64,000 nt of DNA from a virus. The notes below the pieces were generated by a model. That model was not told where the DNA came from, did not search any database, and was given only the letters and a program-made list of their open reading frames with translations. The translations under genes and the position numbers were made by a program. This document shows positions 36,988-46,665 of the stretch, in pieces; positions within the stretch are counted from its first letter, which is position 1, and the number at the start of each line of letters is the position of its first letter. The stretch is taken from IMG/VR virus record IMGVR_UViG_3300044971_004534. One strand, given 5' to 3'.

Positions 36988-38442
36988 ATGCAACCAGATA
37001 TTGAAAATCCACATGTTAAGCTGCTATTCCTTTTGACTCAGTCAAAAGAGCACGTAGAAGAAGTTTTGTCTCTAGTCCAGGAGCCAAGCAATCTATTTGT
37101 TGAGCCATCTCATCAAGCTATACTAAAAGCTTGTATTTGGGCTAGAGACAAGAATAAGCATTTAACATCAGAGCAATTAGAGTATTTTTGCAGATTTAAT
37201 CTTTCTTATACTCCTCAAAAAACAGCAGTTCTTGTTGCAGAATATTCTGCCATTGAGTCTATAGAGCATGTAAAAAAAGAAGATCTAAACGTACTTATTA
37301 ATGAATGTCAAAATCTTTACTATTATAGATTTTTAAAATTTGAACTTGATAAGATTAAAACTGATAGGTCTCCAGATTTCTTTAAAAAGCTGAATAGCTT
37401 ACACGACAATATAGGAAAGTGCTTATCTACTGGCGTAAGTAACACATTCTCTTTTCATGACACTGTAGAAAATTTTGGATCGTTTGTTGAAGATCTTCAT
37501 CTGAAAGCAAACCAGCCAGAAAAAAGAATTACTTGTGGAATAAAAGAAATTGATGATTGCATGACGGTTGGTTTTAGACCAGGAACTCTTACGTTAACTG
37601 TTGCAGATGTTGGCGGTGGTAAGTCCACTATGATGCTCAACATTGCTTACAATTTATGGAAGAGAAATTGCAATGTGCTTTTCCTGCCATTAGAAATGCC
37701 ATGGGAAGAGATATTCAAAAAGTTTCTTTCTAGAGAAACTCTCATAGAATTTGAAAAGTTTGCAAGACCTGAATTGATGACAGAAAAAGATTGGGAAATA
37801 CTTAGAAAAAGGTCTGACGATCTTGCATCCATGAAGCAAAAGCTTGTTTGGGCTGATGTAAAAAGCAGACCTACTGTTCAAGAGATAAAAAGAGCTATAG
37901 AAAGCAAGATGCATTATTTCAAGCCAGATGTAGTTGTAATTGACTATATTGCCAATATAAAGCCGGATGGAAAAGTTGATAACTGGCTTGCCATTGGCGA
38001 TATACTTAAAGAGCTAAGAGCTTTAGGTAAGCAGTATGGATTCGCTATCCTCAGTGCTGCTCAGATGACAAGAGACGGCATTAAGAAGCTAAAGAGTGAC
38101 AAGGATCAGTCAAAGAGTCCAGGCAGTGAAGACTTGCGTGGAAGTCATGAGTACTCTGCAGACGCAGACAATATTTTTGCTCAATCACCGTCTCCAGATG
38201 AACCTAACAGAAAAATGCTATTATGGTGTATTAAGGCAAGGTATGGTAAAAAAACTTTTGATGGTAAAAATTACGCTATATTAGATTTTTATCCAGAATA
38301 TAGCAAGATAGATAGCTCTACTGCATACTCATTTGATGTAAATGATGAAGAGTTTAAAAAGCAACTAGATGCCATGTCTGGCTTTGCAAAGCCACAAAAT
38401 TCTGATCAGGCCTCAGAAGACGATTATGGATGGATGGCATAA
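36988..38442 (+). CDS. dnaB: DnaB-family replicative helicase
   Basis: Motifs are GIKEIDDCMTVGFRPGTLTLTVADVGGGKSTMMLNIAYN, VVVIDYI and ILSAAQMTRDG. Confidence 0.85.
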   Translation: MQPDIENPHVKLLFLLTQSKEHVEEVLSLVQEPSNLFVEPSHQAILKACIWARDKNKHLTSEQLEYFCRFNLSYTPQKTAVLVAEYSAIESIEHVKKEDLNVLINECQNLYYYRFLKFELDKIKTDRSPDFFKKLNSLHDNIGKCLSTGVSNTFSFHDTVENFGSFVEDLHLKANQPEKRITCGIKEIDDCMTVGFRPGTLTLTVADVGGGKSTMMLNIAYNLWKRNCNVLFLPLEMPWEEIFKKFLSRETLIEFEKFARPELMTEKDWEILRKRSDDLASMKQKLVWADVKSRPTVQEIKRAIESKMHYFKPDVVVIDYIANIKPDGKVDNWLAIGDILKELRALGKQYGFAILSAAQMTRDGIKKLKSDKDQSKSPGSEDLRGSHEYSADADNIFAQSPSPDEPNRKMLLWCIKARYGKKTFDGKNYAILDFYPEYSKIDSSTAYSFDVNDEEFKKQLDAMSGFAKPQNSDQASEDDYGWMA

Positions 38443-38969
38443 TGCGAGAATACATAGATCAGTTAAAGCGTAAGGTAAGAATAGCTGATGTCTTGAGAGA
38501 AAGGGGCATTCAGCCTTCTAGGTCTCATGCGGGTAAGTTAGTATATAAATGCCCACTGCATAAGGGAGATAATTCTCCTAGTTTTTATGTTTATGAAAAA
38601 GATTCAGGAGATGATTATTTTTGCTACGGCTGCAAAGCTGGGGGCAATGTTGTACATCTTGTAAAGTCATTAAATAACTGTAGCGGCTCTGAGGCAGTTA
38701 AGTCTCTTGGCGAGATAGCAGGAATAGATGTAGATCCTTATTATTTTCAGTATGATATAGATGTATATATTGAAAGTCCAATGTCTGCAGACATGAATGT
38801 TGATGACATATTGTGTAAATCAACTTTGTCTTTTAGAAAATTAAGACAATTAAATGCTATTAAAAATTCTTACGACGTTGATTTAAAATGGCAAAAAATA
38901 GATCATGCTTATTGGGCAAATGATGTGCGTGCCATAAAAGAGAGTTCTTCATGGACCAATGGGAAATAA
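38442..38969 (+). CDS. dnaG: Stand-alone DnaG zinc-binding (zf-CHC2) domain protein
   Basis: Contains CPLHKGDNSPSFYVYEKDSGDDYFCYGCKAGGNVVHLV. TAATG-coupled to dnaB. No Toprim or RNA-polymerase core. Confidence 0.8.
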   Translation: MREYIDQLKRKVRIADVLRERGIQPSRSHAGKLVYKCPLHKGDNSPSFYVYEKDSGDDYFCYGCKAGGNVVHLVKSLNNCSGSEAVKSLGEIAGIDVDPYYFQYDIDVYIESPMSADMNVDDILCKSTLSFRKLRQLNAIKNSYDVDLKWQKIDHAYWANDVRAIKESSSWTNGK

Positions 38970-39379
38970 GAAATAAAGAAGAAGAATATTCAGTTTCATT
39001 TAACAACTCTCTTGTGGAAAAATGTTTAGGAAAATACACTAGAGTTTGTAAAAAAATGCAAGAAACTGAACCTTTTGCGTCTCAGTGGACTTTACAAACA
39101 AGTTTTTCTGTCGTGCACCCAGTGGGGTCATTTTCATGTGTTTGTAATTTGTACTACAATGGTCAAGTTGTAATCTATGATACTCAAGGTCAGGTAATGC
39201 GTGCTCATAACATTAATGATATTCGCTTTCTTAAAAAAGCTGTTTTGTGGCTTGGCTGGAATTCATTAACAGTCATTCCATCCGAAATAGATAGTAGTAT
39301 AGATTTTTGGAGACGCACTTGGGAAACTGGTCTCATTGATAGCGACTATTTAGAAAAGAAATATAAGAGGAAACAGTAA
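38951..39379 (+). CDS. Hypothetical protein
   Basis: ORF in the operon context. No motif recognised. Confidence 0.55.
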   Translation: MDQWEIRNKEEEYSVSFNNSLVEKCLGKYTRVCKKMQETEPFASQWTLQTSFSVVHPVGSFSCVCNLYYNGQVVIYDTQGQVMRAHNINDIRFLKKAVLWLGWNSLTVIPSEIDSSIDFWRRTWETGLIDSDYLEKKYKRKQ

Positions 39380-39889
39380 ATGGCAATTATCACTCAACAA
39401 GAAAGCTTCTTGCTTAAATTTAAGCAAGAAAATTCTAAAGAAGGCTCTAAGCCTATAGAAGTGTCTGTAACAAAATCTGAAGAACAGTATATAATTGAAT
39501 TGCGTTATGATAAAAAAAGTTCTTTAAAAATTGATCTTGATTCTTTAAAAGAAATTTTGCATTATGTAGATTCTAAAATTAATTTGAATATAAATCATAA
39601 GCAAATAAGCAGAAATATCATTTCTGACACTCGTCTTCATGGGCAGGCTACTGATCACTTAAGGATATCTGGTAATAGCAATGTCTCTTTTGCTGGTCAG
39701 CCTGGACTAAATGGCCCATCCCCTATGGAGGTTGCTGTAACACATGCTCCAGAAGATGTTGCTGGATACGCAGATCTTTTAAAAGATATCAGCAAAAATG
39801 ATATAGATTCAAACAAGAATGGGGTATATAATTCTCAGGCGGATGTTATTTTGTCTAACGCCATAGATATCAGTTCATTGTCAGATTAA
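39380..39889 (+). CDS. Hypothetical protein
   Basis: ORF that starts directly after the upstream stop. No motif recognised. Confidence 0.55.
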   Translation: MAIITQQESFLLKFKQENSKEGSKPIEVSVTKSEEQYIIELRYDKKSSLKIDLDSLKEILHYVDSKINLNINHKQISRNIISDTRLHGQATDHLRISGNSNVSFAGQPGLNGPSPMEVAVTHAPEDVAGYADLLKDISKNDIDSNKNGVYNSQADVILSNAIDISSLSD

Positions 39890-39893
39890 GTAC

Positions 39894-40142
39894 ATGGAAT
39901 ATAAGTGTAGATTTGAAAGATTGGATAAGATAAAAACAGATGATCTAAAAAAGATCAGCCTGTGTACTGAGTGTCATAGTTTTGATTGTAGTAACCCGAT
40001 ACAGAACGTTACAATAAGCGTTTTTGGTATTAATAAAACTATAAGGGCGTATGTTACTCCTAATAACACCTATGGTGTTCAGGATTGCGAAGGTTTTAGC
40101 TGTCACAGCTCAATAGAGGAAGAAGATGACTCTGAAGATTAA
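39894..40142 (+). CDS. Small Cys-rich protein with an acidic tail
   Basis: Contains CTECHSFDC and CEGFSCH. The C-terminus is EEEDDSED. Overlaps the start of the polymerase gene. Confidence 0.5.
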   Translation: MEYKCRFERLDKIKTDDLKKISLCTECHSFDCSNPIQNVTISVFGINKTIRAYVTPNNTYGVQDCEGFSCHSSIEEEDDSED

Positions 40143-41424
40143 CAATTCTAATTTTGTTCACTTGCATAACCATTCTGAATTTAGTGCCTTTGACGGCTTA
40201 AATAAAATGTCAGAGTTTCCCAAGCTTGCCAGAAGTATGGGTTTTAAAGCTTTAGGAATTACAGATCACGGCAACGTTGGTGGATTAATTAAGTTTTTTC
40301 AAGAATGCACAAAGTCAGTTGACAAGAATGGTAACAAGATTGAGTATGATCCAATAAAGCCTATTTTGGGATGTGAATTTTATTTAGCAAAAGATAGATT
40401 TGCAAAAAGCAAAAAGGATCAGCCAGATGGAAGAAAAGGCAACAGACACATTGTTTTGATTGCAAAAAACTGGCAGGGTTTTCAGAATCTTTGTACACTA
40501 TCAGAAAAGAGTTGGACAGAAGGTTTTTATAATGATCCTAGAATAGACTTTGAATTACTTACAAAGCATCATGAGGGTTTAATTTGCAGTACTGCCTGCT
40601 TAAGTTCGGTTGTAAACAATAATTTACTTCACGGCAGATACGATCAAGCAAAAAAAGTTGCAACTATATTAAAAAATATATTTGGAGAAGATTTTTATTT
40701 CGAAGTTATGTATCATGGTCTTGATGCTGAAAGGTATATTATTCCAGATGTATTTAAGTTGGCTGATTCTTTAGGCTCAAAAGTGCTTGCAACAAATGAT
40801 GTGCACTATTCTCACAAAGAAGATGGAGCAAGTCATGAAGTATTAATGTGCATGAGCACTTCACGATGCATACACGATCCTAAGAGATTAAAATTTCCGT
40901 ATCATGAGTTTTATCTTAAGAGCGCTCAAGAGATGGCTGGCATATTTCAAAACCGTCTTGACTCTTTGTATAATACCTTGGAGGTTGCGGACAAAATAGA
41001 TCACAAGGACATATCTAAAAACTTTGGAGGTATGAGGCTTCCTAAATTTCCACTACCAAACAGTTTTTCAGATCCGCATGATTATCTTGAATATATAGCT
41101 TGGGACGGTTTAAAGCAACTTGGATTAGACCACTCGCAAAAGCATATTGATCGGTTGAGACTTGAATTAGACGACGTTAAGATAGCAAAGATGAATAATA
41201 ACTATGATTTTGCTACATACTTTTTAATTGTGCGCGATTATATTCAATATGCAAACACCAAAGGTATATTAACTGGCTGTGGAAGAGGATCTGGCTTTGG
41301 CAGTCTTCTTCTAAAGACTCTTGGAATAACTTACGGGGTAGATCCTATTGAGCATGATTTGTTGTGGGAAAGATTCCTGGGATTTGATACGAAGAGATTT
41401 GTAAGGGAGCAAGACTTTGTCTAA
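40126..41424 (+). CDS. dnaE: DNA polymerase III alpha (DnaE-type), N-terminal part: PHP domain to pre-palm segment
   Basis: FVHLHNHSEFSAFDG and GITDHGNVGG mark the PHP domain. The ORF ends GRGSGFGSLLLKTLGITYGVDPIEHDLLWERFLGFDTKRF, just before the position of the catalytic DxD. Confidence 0.85.
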   Translation: MTLKINNSNFVHLHNHSEFSAFDGLNKMSEFPKLARSMGFKALGITDHGNVGGLIKFFQECTKSVDKNGNKIEYDPIKPILGCEFYLAKDRFAKSKKDQPDGRKGNRHIVLIAKNWQGFQNLCTLSEKSWTEGFYNDPRIDFELLTKHHEGLICSTACLSSVVNNNLLHGRYDQAKKVATILKNIFGEDFYFEVMYHGLDAERYIIPDVFKLADSLGSKVLATNDVHYSHKEDGASHEVLMCMSTSRCIHDPKRLKFPYHEFYLKSAQEMAGIFQNRLDSLYNTLEVADKIDHKDISKNFGGMRLPKFPLPNSFSDPHDYLEYIAWDGLKQLGLDHSQKHIDRLRLELDDVKIAKMNNNYDFATYFLIVRDYIQYANTKGILTGCGRGSGFGSLLLKTLGITYGVDPIEHDLLWERFLGFDTKRFVREQDFV

Positions 41425-43369
41425 TTTAGAATTTATTAAAGCAAAGGTTCTTGAATCTGAAAGGTATCTATCATTAAGTGAAGCACATAAAAAAAGGTGC
41501 TTGGATGAAATAGATATGATGAATTCATCTCCAGGCTTGTCTGGGGATACTGTATTAGAAGAATTTATTAATGTTTATAAAAAACTTCAAGGTAAAGATG
41601 GTCCAAGGAATGCAGTAAATAGCTGTGTTGCATATTGCTTGTCTATGACTTCATGCTTGCCTTCTTTAAGCGAAGAGTTTCTTCCTTCTCGTCGTATTTT
41701 TGCTAGAGCTGGATTTCCAGATATTGATGCAGATTTTGACTACGAAAGAAGGCATGAGGTTTATGAGTATTTAATTGAAAAATATGGAAGAGATAGAGTT
41801 GGCAATATTGGTACATATGGTACTTTAAAAATGAAGAGCTATATTACCAGAGTGGTTAAGGCTTTAGATTTAGCAAATAGTTTTCATTTAGGTAAAGAAA
41901 GTTATGTAAAGAACAACAATATGCTTGTTCGTGAAATTATCGATTCTTTGCCTGAGCAAAAAGGCGCCTTCTTAAAGGTAAGAGATGATGAGGGCGAAGA
42001 TCATGTAATAAAAAATCTTTCAGATGCCATGACACACTGTGATTCTTTTGGTCAATATATGAAAAAGTATTCACAGATATCAGATCACTCTAATAGAATT
42101 GAAGGATTAGCTTCTAGTTATGGTGTTCATGCTGCCGGTATTGTTATATCTGGTGAGCCTTTGGCGCGAATAGCTCCACTGAGAGCAACAAGTAAGAGCG
42201 ATGAGAATGCAGGCGCTGAATATGCAACTCAGTTTGCGTATGAAGACTTAGAATATCTTGGTCTTATTAAGTTTGATATCTTAGCTCTTAGTACTTTGAG
42301 CGTCATATCTGAAACTGTAAAAACCATTAAAGAAAGACTTGGAATAGACATTGACATACAAAAACTACCATTGGACGATGAAAAATCTTTTGAACTTTAT
42401 CGCAGCGGCAATTTGACGGGAGTTTTTCAATGTGAAGAAAAGGGCATGCAAAAGACCATGATGCAAATGGGTGTAGACAGATTTGAAGATATTTGTGCAG
42501 GCATCGCTCTTTTTAGACCTGGACCTATGGCCAGTATCCCAAAATACTGTGGAAGAAAAAATGGAACCGAATCTATAGATTACTATGACGATTCAATTGT
42601 AAAGTATGTTGAAAATATTTTAAAACCAACTTATGGTATTTTAGTTTATCAAGAACAGGTTATGCAGATATGCAATAGTCTTGCTGGTATGACGGTAAGC
42701 GATGGCTATCAAGTTATTAAGGCTGTAGGTAAGAAGAAAGAAGATCAGCTCAAAAAGTACAAATCTATATTCGTAGATGGGTGCTGTAAGAATGGTATTG
42801 ACAAATCTTTGGCTTCTCGATATTGGGAAGAATTTATTATGCCATTTGCAGCATACGGATTTAATAAGTCTCACTCATATTGCTATGGACTTTTAAGTTA
42901 TCAAACTGCTTATTTAAAAGCAAATTTTCCTGCAGAATTTATGCTTAGTTATCTTAATGTGGAATGCTTCCAAAAGAAATGGGACAGAGTTGATATTCTT
43001 ATTGATGAAACTCGCAGAATGGGCATATTAATAAGTGCAAAAAATCTAAATGTATGTAAATTAAAGTTCTCTATGAGTGAAGATCGTGTTGGTGGCAGGA
43101 CAAAGTACACCATCACTCCATCTTTATTGTGCAAAGGATTAAAGATGAGTGCTGCTGAGGAGATATCTCTCAAGCAGCCTTTCAAGAGTTATGAAGATTT
43201 TGTGCAAAAGATAGATACTACAGTTGTTGATACAGAAGCAATTACTGCTTTGCAGGATGCTGGATTTTTCCCTAAAACAAAAGATGCTGTTGATAAATTT
43301 ATAAAACTTCGTGATCATATCCGCGCAACTCGCAAAAAAGGCATGAGTGGTGTCGATATATTTCAATAA
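41417..43369 (+). CDS. dnaE: DNA polymerase III alpha (DnaE-type), C-terminal part: palm, fingers and HhH; no OB/tau-binding tail
   Basis: Motifs are FPDIDADFDYERR, GVHAAGIVIS, LIKFDILALSTLSV, ALFRPGPM, YGILVYQEQVMQI and YGFNKSHSYCYG. TTG start; the first ~100 aa are not typical DnaE sequence. Confidence 0.85.
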   Translation: MSNLEFIKAKVLESERYLSLSEAHKKRCLDEIDMMNSSPGLSGDTVLEEFINVYKKLQGKDGPRNAVNSCVAYCLSMTSCLPSLSEEFLPSRRIFARAGFPDIDADFDYERRHEVYEYLIEKYGRDRVGNIGTYGTLKMKSYITRVVKALDLANSFHLGKESYVKNNNMLVREIIDSLPEQKGAFLKVRDDEGEDHVIKNLSDAMTHCDSFGQYMKKYSQISDHSNRIEGLASSYGVHAAGIVISGEPLARIAPLRATSKSDENAGAEYATQFAYEDLEYLGLIKFDILALSTLSVISETVKTIKERLGIDIDIQKLPLDDEKSFELYRSGNLTGVFQCEEKGMQKTMMQMGVDRFEDICAGIALFRPGPMASIPKYCGRKNGTESIDYYDDSIVKYVENILKPTYGILVYQEQVMQICNSLAGMTVSDGYQVIKAVGKKKEDQLKKYKSIFVDGCCKNGIDKSLASRYWEEFIMPFAAYGFNKSHSYCYGLLSYQTAYLKANFPAEFMLSYLNVECFQKKWDRVDILIDETRRMGILISAKNLNVCKLKFSMSEDRVGGRTKYTITPSLLCKGLKMSAAEEISLKQPFKSYEDFVQKIDTTVVDTEAITALQDAGFFPKTKDAVDKFIKLRDHIRATRKKGMSGVDIFQ

Positions 43370-43372
43370 GCT

Positions 43373-43669
43373 ATGGACATAGAAATAAGAAAATCAATAT
43401 CTAGAAAAATAAACACAGGTCAATATGAAAATATTGTCATAACATGCGAACTGCAAGGTAACGCTAGTGTTGAAAATGACATGGACTTGCAAAAGCTTCA
43501 AAGAGAAATCACAGATAAACTTATTAAAGATTACAAGCTAACAGAAATGTCTGTTCTTGAAGAACTTGATTTATCTGAGAAAAAAGCATTTATGGAGTCT
43601 CCATCTCAAAATGAAAATAATGTGAAGCTCGCACTTACACCAGAGCAAGAGAGTGAGTTATTTGGATGA
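43373..43669 (+). CDS. Hypothetical protein (98 aa)
   Basis: ORF in the operon context, ATGA-coupled to the next gene. Confidence 0.55.
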   Translation: MDIEIRKSISRKINTGQYENIVITCELQGNASVENDMDLQKLQREITDKLIKDYKLTEMSVLEELDLSEKKAFMESPSQNENNVKLALTPEQESELFG

Positions 43670-44793
43670 TAGATAAAAATGATTTAGATGACATATTTGG
43701 TATTCCACAAGACGGTAGTCACTTGGACGATGATAGCGGAAGTACTGATGATGTCGCATTTGGCAATGTTGTTGCTCAAAGTGGCAATAAAACTTTTGAA
43801 GACCAGGTAAAAATATTAATTAAAGACACAAATGAAGTTGCAAAGTCTGAAGATGAAATAATAAAGGATTCTAAAATTAAAAAAGATAAAAAAGAATCAG
43901 GAGGTAATGGCGATGAGCTTCAAAATGAAAAAATTAATCAATCAGCACAAGCGAATGGTCAAGATACTTCTTCCGTCCACAGCGCAGCCAATAATCAAGT
44001 TCTTGCCGAATCCACTAAACTTTTGGGAGATGAACTTCATGCCAGAGGGCGAGTTCATAAATCTGAGGTGGATAATTCCATCCAGAGCAATGCAAGTCAA
44101 GCGCAAGTGATTATCAAGATTACTGGATGGAATACATCGACCAAAGATCTATTATTTATCTCTTTTTATGAGATGAAGAAAGATGCTCTTTCAGGTTGGC
44201 TTCTTCCAGGTGGAGAAATTAATTTTATTAATACTCAAGAAGAGCTTGTTCATGCTCGTGTGGATTTAAGTACAATAGAATTTGGAGATCTTCACGCAAT
44301 GTTTGATGCTCTAAAGGGTGTGCAGCATTGGAAAGATAGAGTAACTGAAATAAGTCTTAGGGTCAATGCTCAATATTATTCCTGGAAGAGAGCTATAGAC
44401 TTATTCCGTGGAACTCTAGCGCGAATGCATTACGAAAAGCCTGCTGAAAAGCAAGATGGCGTTGTAATGGAGCATATGGGTGATATGATAAGATACTTTT
44501 CTCAACTAGAGTCTTTGCATGCTAATGTAGATGCTGTAGTTAGAAATTTAGATAATGCTTTTGATTGCATATCAAGGCAAATTACGGTTTCTTTGCCTCA
44601 GGGTCATAAAGACAGTGATACGGTAGAAAAGAGGGTGTCTAAAAATGCATCTATTTCGCCCGGCTCTGCAGACAATTTTGCCGATATAATGCAAGCAGCT
44701 GACAGATTGCCGTCAGCTAAAAACTTTGGTTTAAAAAACAATAACGCCTCTTCTTCAAAGAAGATAGGCACAGTCAATTGGAATGAGATCTAA
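43666..44793 (+). CDS. Hypothetical protein (375 aa), acidic and low-complexity N-terminal half
   Basis: Long ORF between the polymerase and SSB/RecA genes. No motif recognised. Confidence 0.6.
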   Translation: MIDKNDLDDIFGIPQDGSHLDDDSGSTDDVAFGNVVAQSGNKTFEDQVKILIKDTNEVAKSEDEIIKDSKIKKDKKESGGNGDELQNEKINQSAQANGQDTSSVHSAANNQVLAESTKLLGDELHARGRVHKSEVDNSIQSNASQAQVIIKITGWNTSTKDLLFISFYEMKKDALSGWLLPGGEINFINTQEELVHARVDLSTIEFGDLHAMFDALKGVQHWKDRVTEISLRVNAQYYSWKRAIDLFRGTLARMHYEKPAEKQDGVVMEHMGDMIRYFSQLESLHANVDAVVRNLDNAFDCISRQITVSLPQGHKDSDTVEKRVSKNASISPGSADNFADIMQAADRLPSAKNFGLKNNNASSSKKIGTVNWNEI

Positions 44794-44814
44794 CTTTTAG
44801 AAAGAGGTAACAAA

Positions 44815-45462
44815 ATGGGATTGATTGATTGGACATCGTTTAGTAAAGGTGAAAAGTCTGGTAACGGAGCAAAATACCTGAAGCTTGAGGCTGGAAAGTC
44901 TTATCGCATCAGACCTGTCTTTAAGCCACATATTTTTTATAAGTACTTTGTCGAAAGACCACAGGGAGGCTTTGGTCAGGCTATTACTGATACGCCAGAT
45001 ACTTGTGTAATTCGCAAGAAGTACGGGGAGCAGGCAAAGCAGAGATTTGCCGTCAATGTAATTGATAGAGCTGATGGTCTTATTAAGGTTTTAGAAGGCC
45101 CAATTAGTATTCTAAAGCAGTTCTCCACTTGGGCTAGCGAGACTGGTACTGATCCAGGCAGCAAGGATGGCGGAGAGTTTGCCATACGAGTTGAATGCCC
45201 AGGAAACGACAAGAAGAAGACACGTTATGTTGTCAGCTTCATTAACTATGCTCCATTCACTGATGAAGAAAAAGCTCTTATCAAGTCTGGAGCTATGAAT
45301 GATCTTGAGACCCTTTACAAGGCTACAGCTCAGGAGCAGATTGAGGCAAAGGTTTATGGTTCTGACGACGAAGAGCCTTCATCGCAGTCTAAGTTTAAGA
45401 AGACTCCTGAGAAGCAGAGTGCTTCTTCTAAGTCTCAGATTTCAGACGATTTGGACTTTTGA
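44815..45462 (+). CDS. gp32-like ssDNA-binding protein with an acidic C-terminal tail
   Basis: YLKLEAGKSYRIRPV, RFAVNVIDRADGLIKVLEGPISILKQF and GGEFAIRVE follow the pattern of the T4 gp32 OB core. The C-terminus is SQISDDLDF. There is an SD-like agagg upstream, and GC content and codon bias are higher than in neighbouring genes. Confidence 0.6.
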   Translation: MGLIDWTSFSKGEKSGNGAKYLKLEAGKSYRIRPVFKPHIFYKYFVERPQGGFGQAITDTPDTCVIRKKYGEQAKQRFAVNVIDRADGLIKVLEGPISILKQFSTWASETGTDPGSKDGGEFAIRVECPGNDKKKTRYVVSFINYAPFTDEEKALIKSGAMNDLETLYKATAQEQIEAKVYGSDDEEPSSQSKFKKTPEKQSASSKSQISDDLDF

Positions 45463-45480
45463 TAATTACAAGGAAATATA

Positions 45481-46665
45481 ATGAAGAAATCATCAGTTGG
45501 TATTGAAAATTTAAAAGGCTTCCAGTTAGGAGCTAATGTCGAGGTTAAGGATCTGATCCCAACTGGGCATGCAGAGCTTGACCACACAATAGCTGCTGGC
45601 TTGATGGAAGATGGAGAAAAGTTCACCACTGGTGGACTGCCTCTTGGAAAACTGTGCTTGTTTTATGGTAATGAGGGAAGCGGCAAAAGCAGTTTAGCTT
45701 ATCGAGTTGTCGGCTCAGCACAGCGTATGGGATACAACTGTGCATGGGTTGATACCGAGCACTCGTTTAGTGATCAACTTGCTGAGGTCAATGGAGTTGA
45801 TAAAAAGAAATTGTTTTACAGTAACCTTATCAACTTAGAAGATCCAGATAAGATTTCTACTGCGGAAAATGTCATGGATATGGTCATTAATGCTTGTGCA
45901 AGCAAGAAGATTAATGTCATAGTTCTAGATTCTGTTGCCAATCTGATACCAGAACGAGTAATGGATAATGACGCAGATAAAGATACTGTTGCAGAGTTAG
46001 CACGAGTTTTAAGTAAAACCTTAGGAAAAATGCTAAGTTTTGCTGCATCTAACAACGTTTTAGTAATCTTTATTAATCAACTTAGAGAAAAGATAGGTGT
46101 TATGTTTGGAAGTCCAGATACAATGCCTGGCGGCAGAGCTTTAAAGCATGCTTCAAGTCTTATTCTTAAGGTTACAAAGTTAGAATCTAAGGCTCACAAT
46201 ATCATGATGCAAAATGAAGATGGAACTGAACGTCTAATTGGCAGATACTCAAGCGTCATGATTGAGAAGAATAGATTTGCCAAGCCTAATCAGGGTTCTA
46301 TGCCAGTGCCAATTTATTATGAGCCATATTTCCCGGATGTTTCTGACGTTGCTTTTGATGCTGGCAGAAATACTAAGGTGATAAAGGTTAGGAACGGAAC
46401 ATTTATGTGGAACGACATCAAGGCTGATGGTCGTAAGTCTTTCATAGACTTAATAAAAGATGTTGACATTTTAGAAAACCTTGTATCAGAAATCAAAGAG
46501 CAGGCTGAGGAACAAGATATTGTTTTGCCGATTGAATTGGTAAAATTTGATCGTGAAAAGTATATCGAAACTATGAAAAAGGCAAGACCAGCTTCTGAGG
46601 ATTCTGTTTCAGAAAAGCCAACAACAAAGCGTAATAAGAACGTTCCAGAACAAGCAGAGGCATAA
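45481..46665 (+). CDS. recA: RecA recombinase (bacterial type)
   Basis: Motifs are GGLPLGKLCLFYGNEGSGKSSLA, VIVLDSVANL and LVIFINQLREKIGVMFGSPDTMPGGRALKHASSL. Confidence 0.9.
   Translation: MKKSSVGIENLKGFQLGANVEVKDLIPTGHAELDHTIAAGLMEDGEKFTTGGLPLGKLCLFYGNEGSGKSSLAYRVVGSAQRMGYNCAWVDTEHSFSDQLAEVNGVDKKKLFYSNLINLEDPDKISTAENVMDMVINACASKKINVIVLDSVANLIPERVMDNDADKDTVAELARVLSKTLGKMLSFAASNNVLVIFINQLREKIGVMFGSPDTMPGGRALKHASSLILKVTKLESKAHNIMMQNEDGTERLIGRYSSVMIEKNRFAKPNQGSMPVPIYYEPYFPDVSDVAFDAGRNTKVIKVRNGTFMWNDIKADGRKSFIDLIKDVDILENLVSEIKEQAEEQDIVLPIELVKFDREKYIETMKKARPASEDSVSEKPTTKRNKNVPEQAEA

Noticed and set aside
41402-41430. An intein, an intron or a simple sequencing frameshift as the explanation for the split dnaE.
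   Set aside because: No in-frame Hint/intein motifs and no room for an intron: the ORFs overlap by 8 nt. The ~60 non-DnaE residues plus the duplicated junction segment argue against a single-base error. A +1 recoding event cannot be excluded, but I saw no known slippery or stop-context motif.
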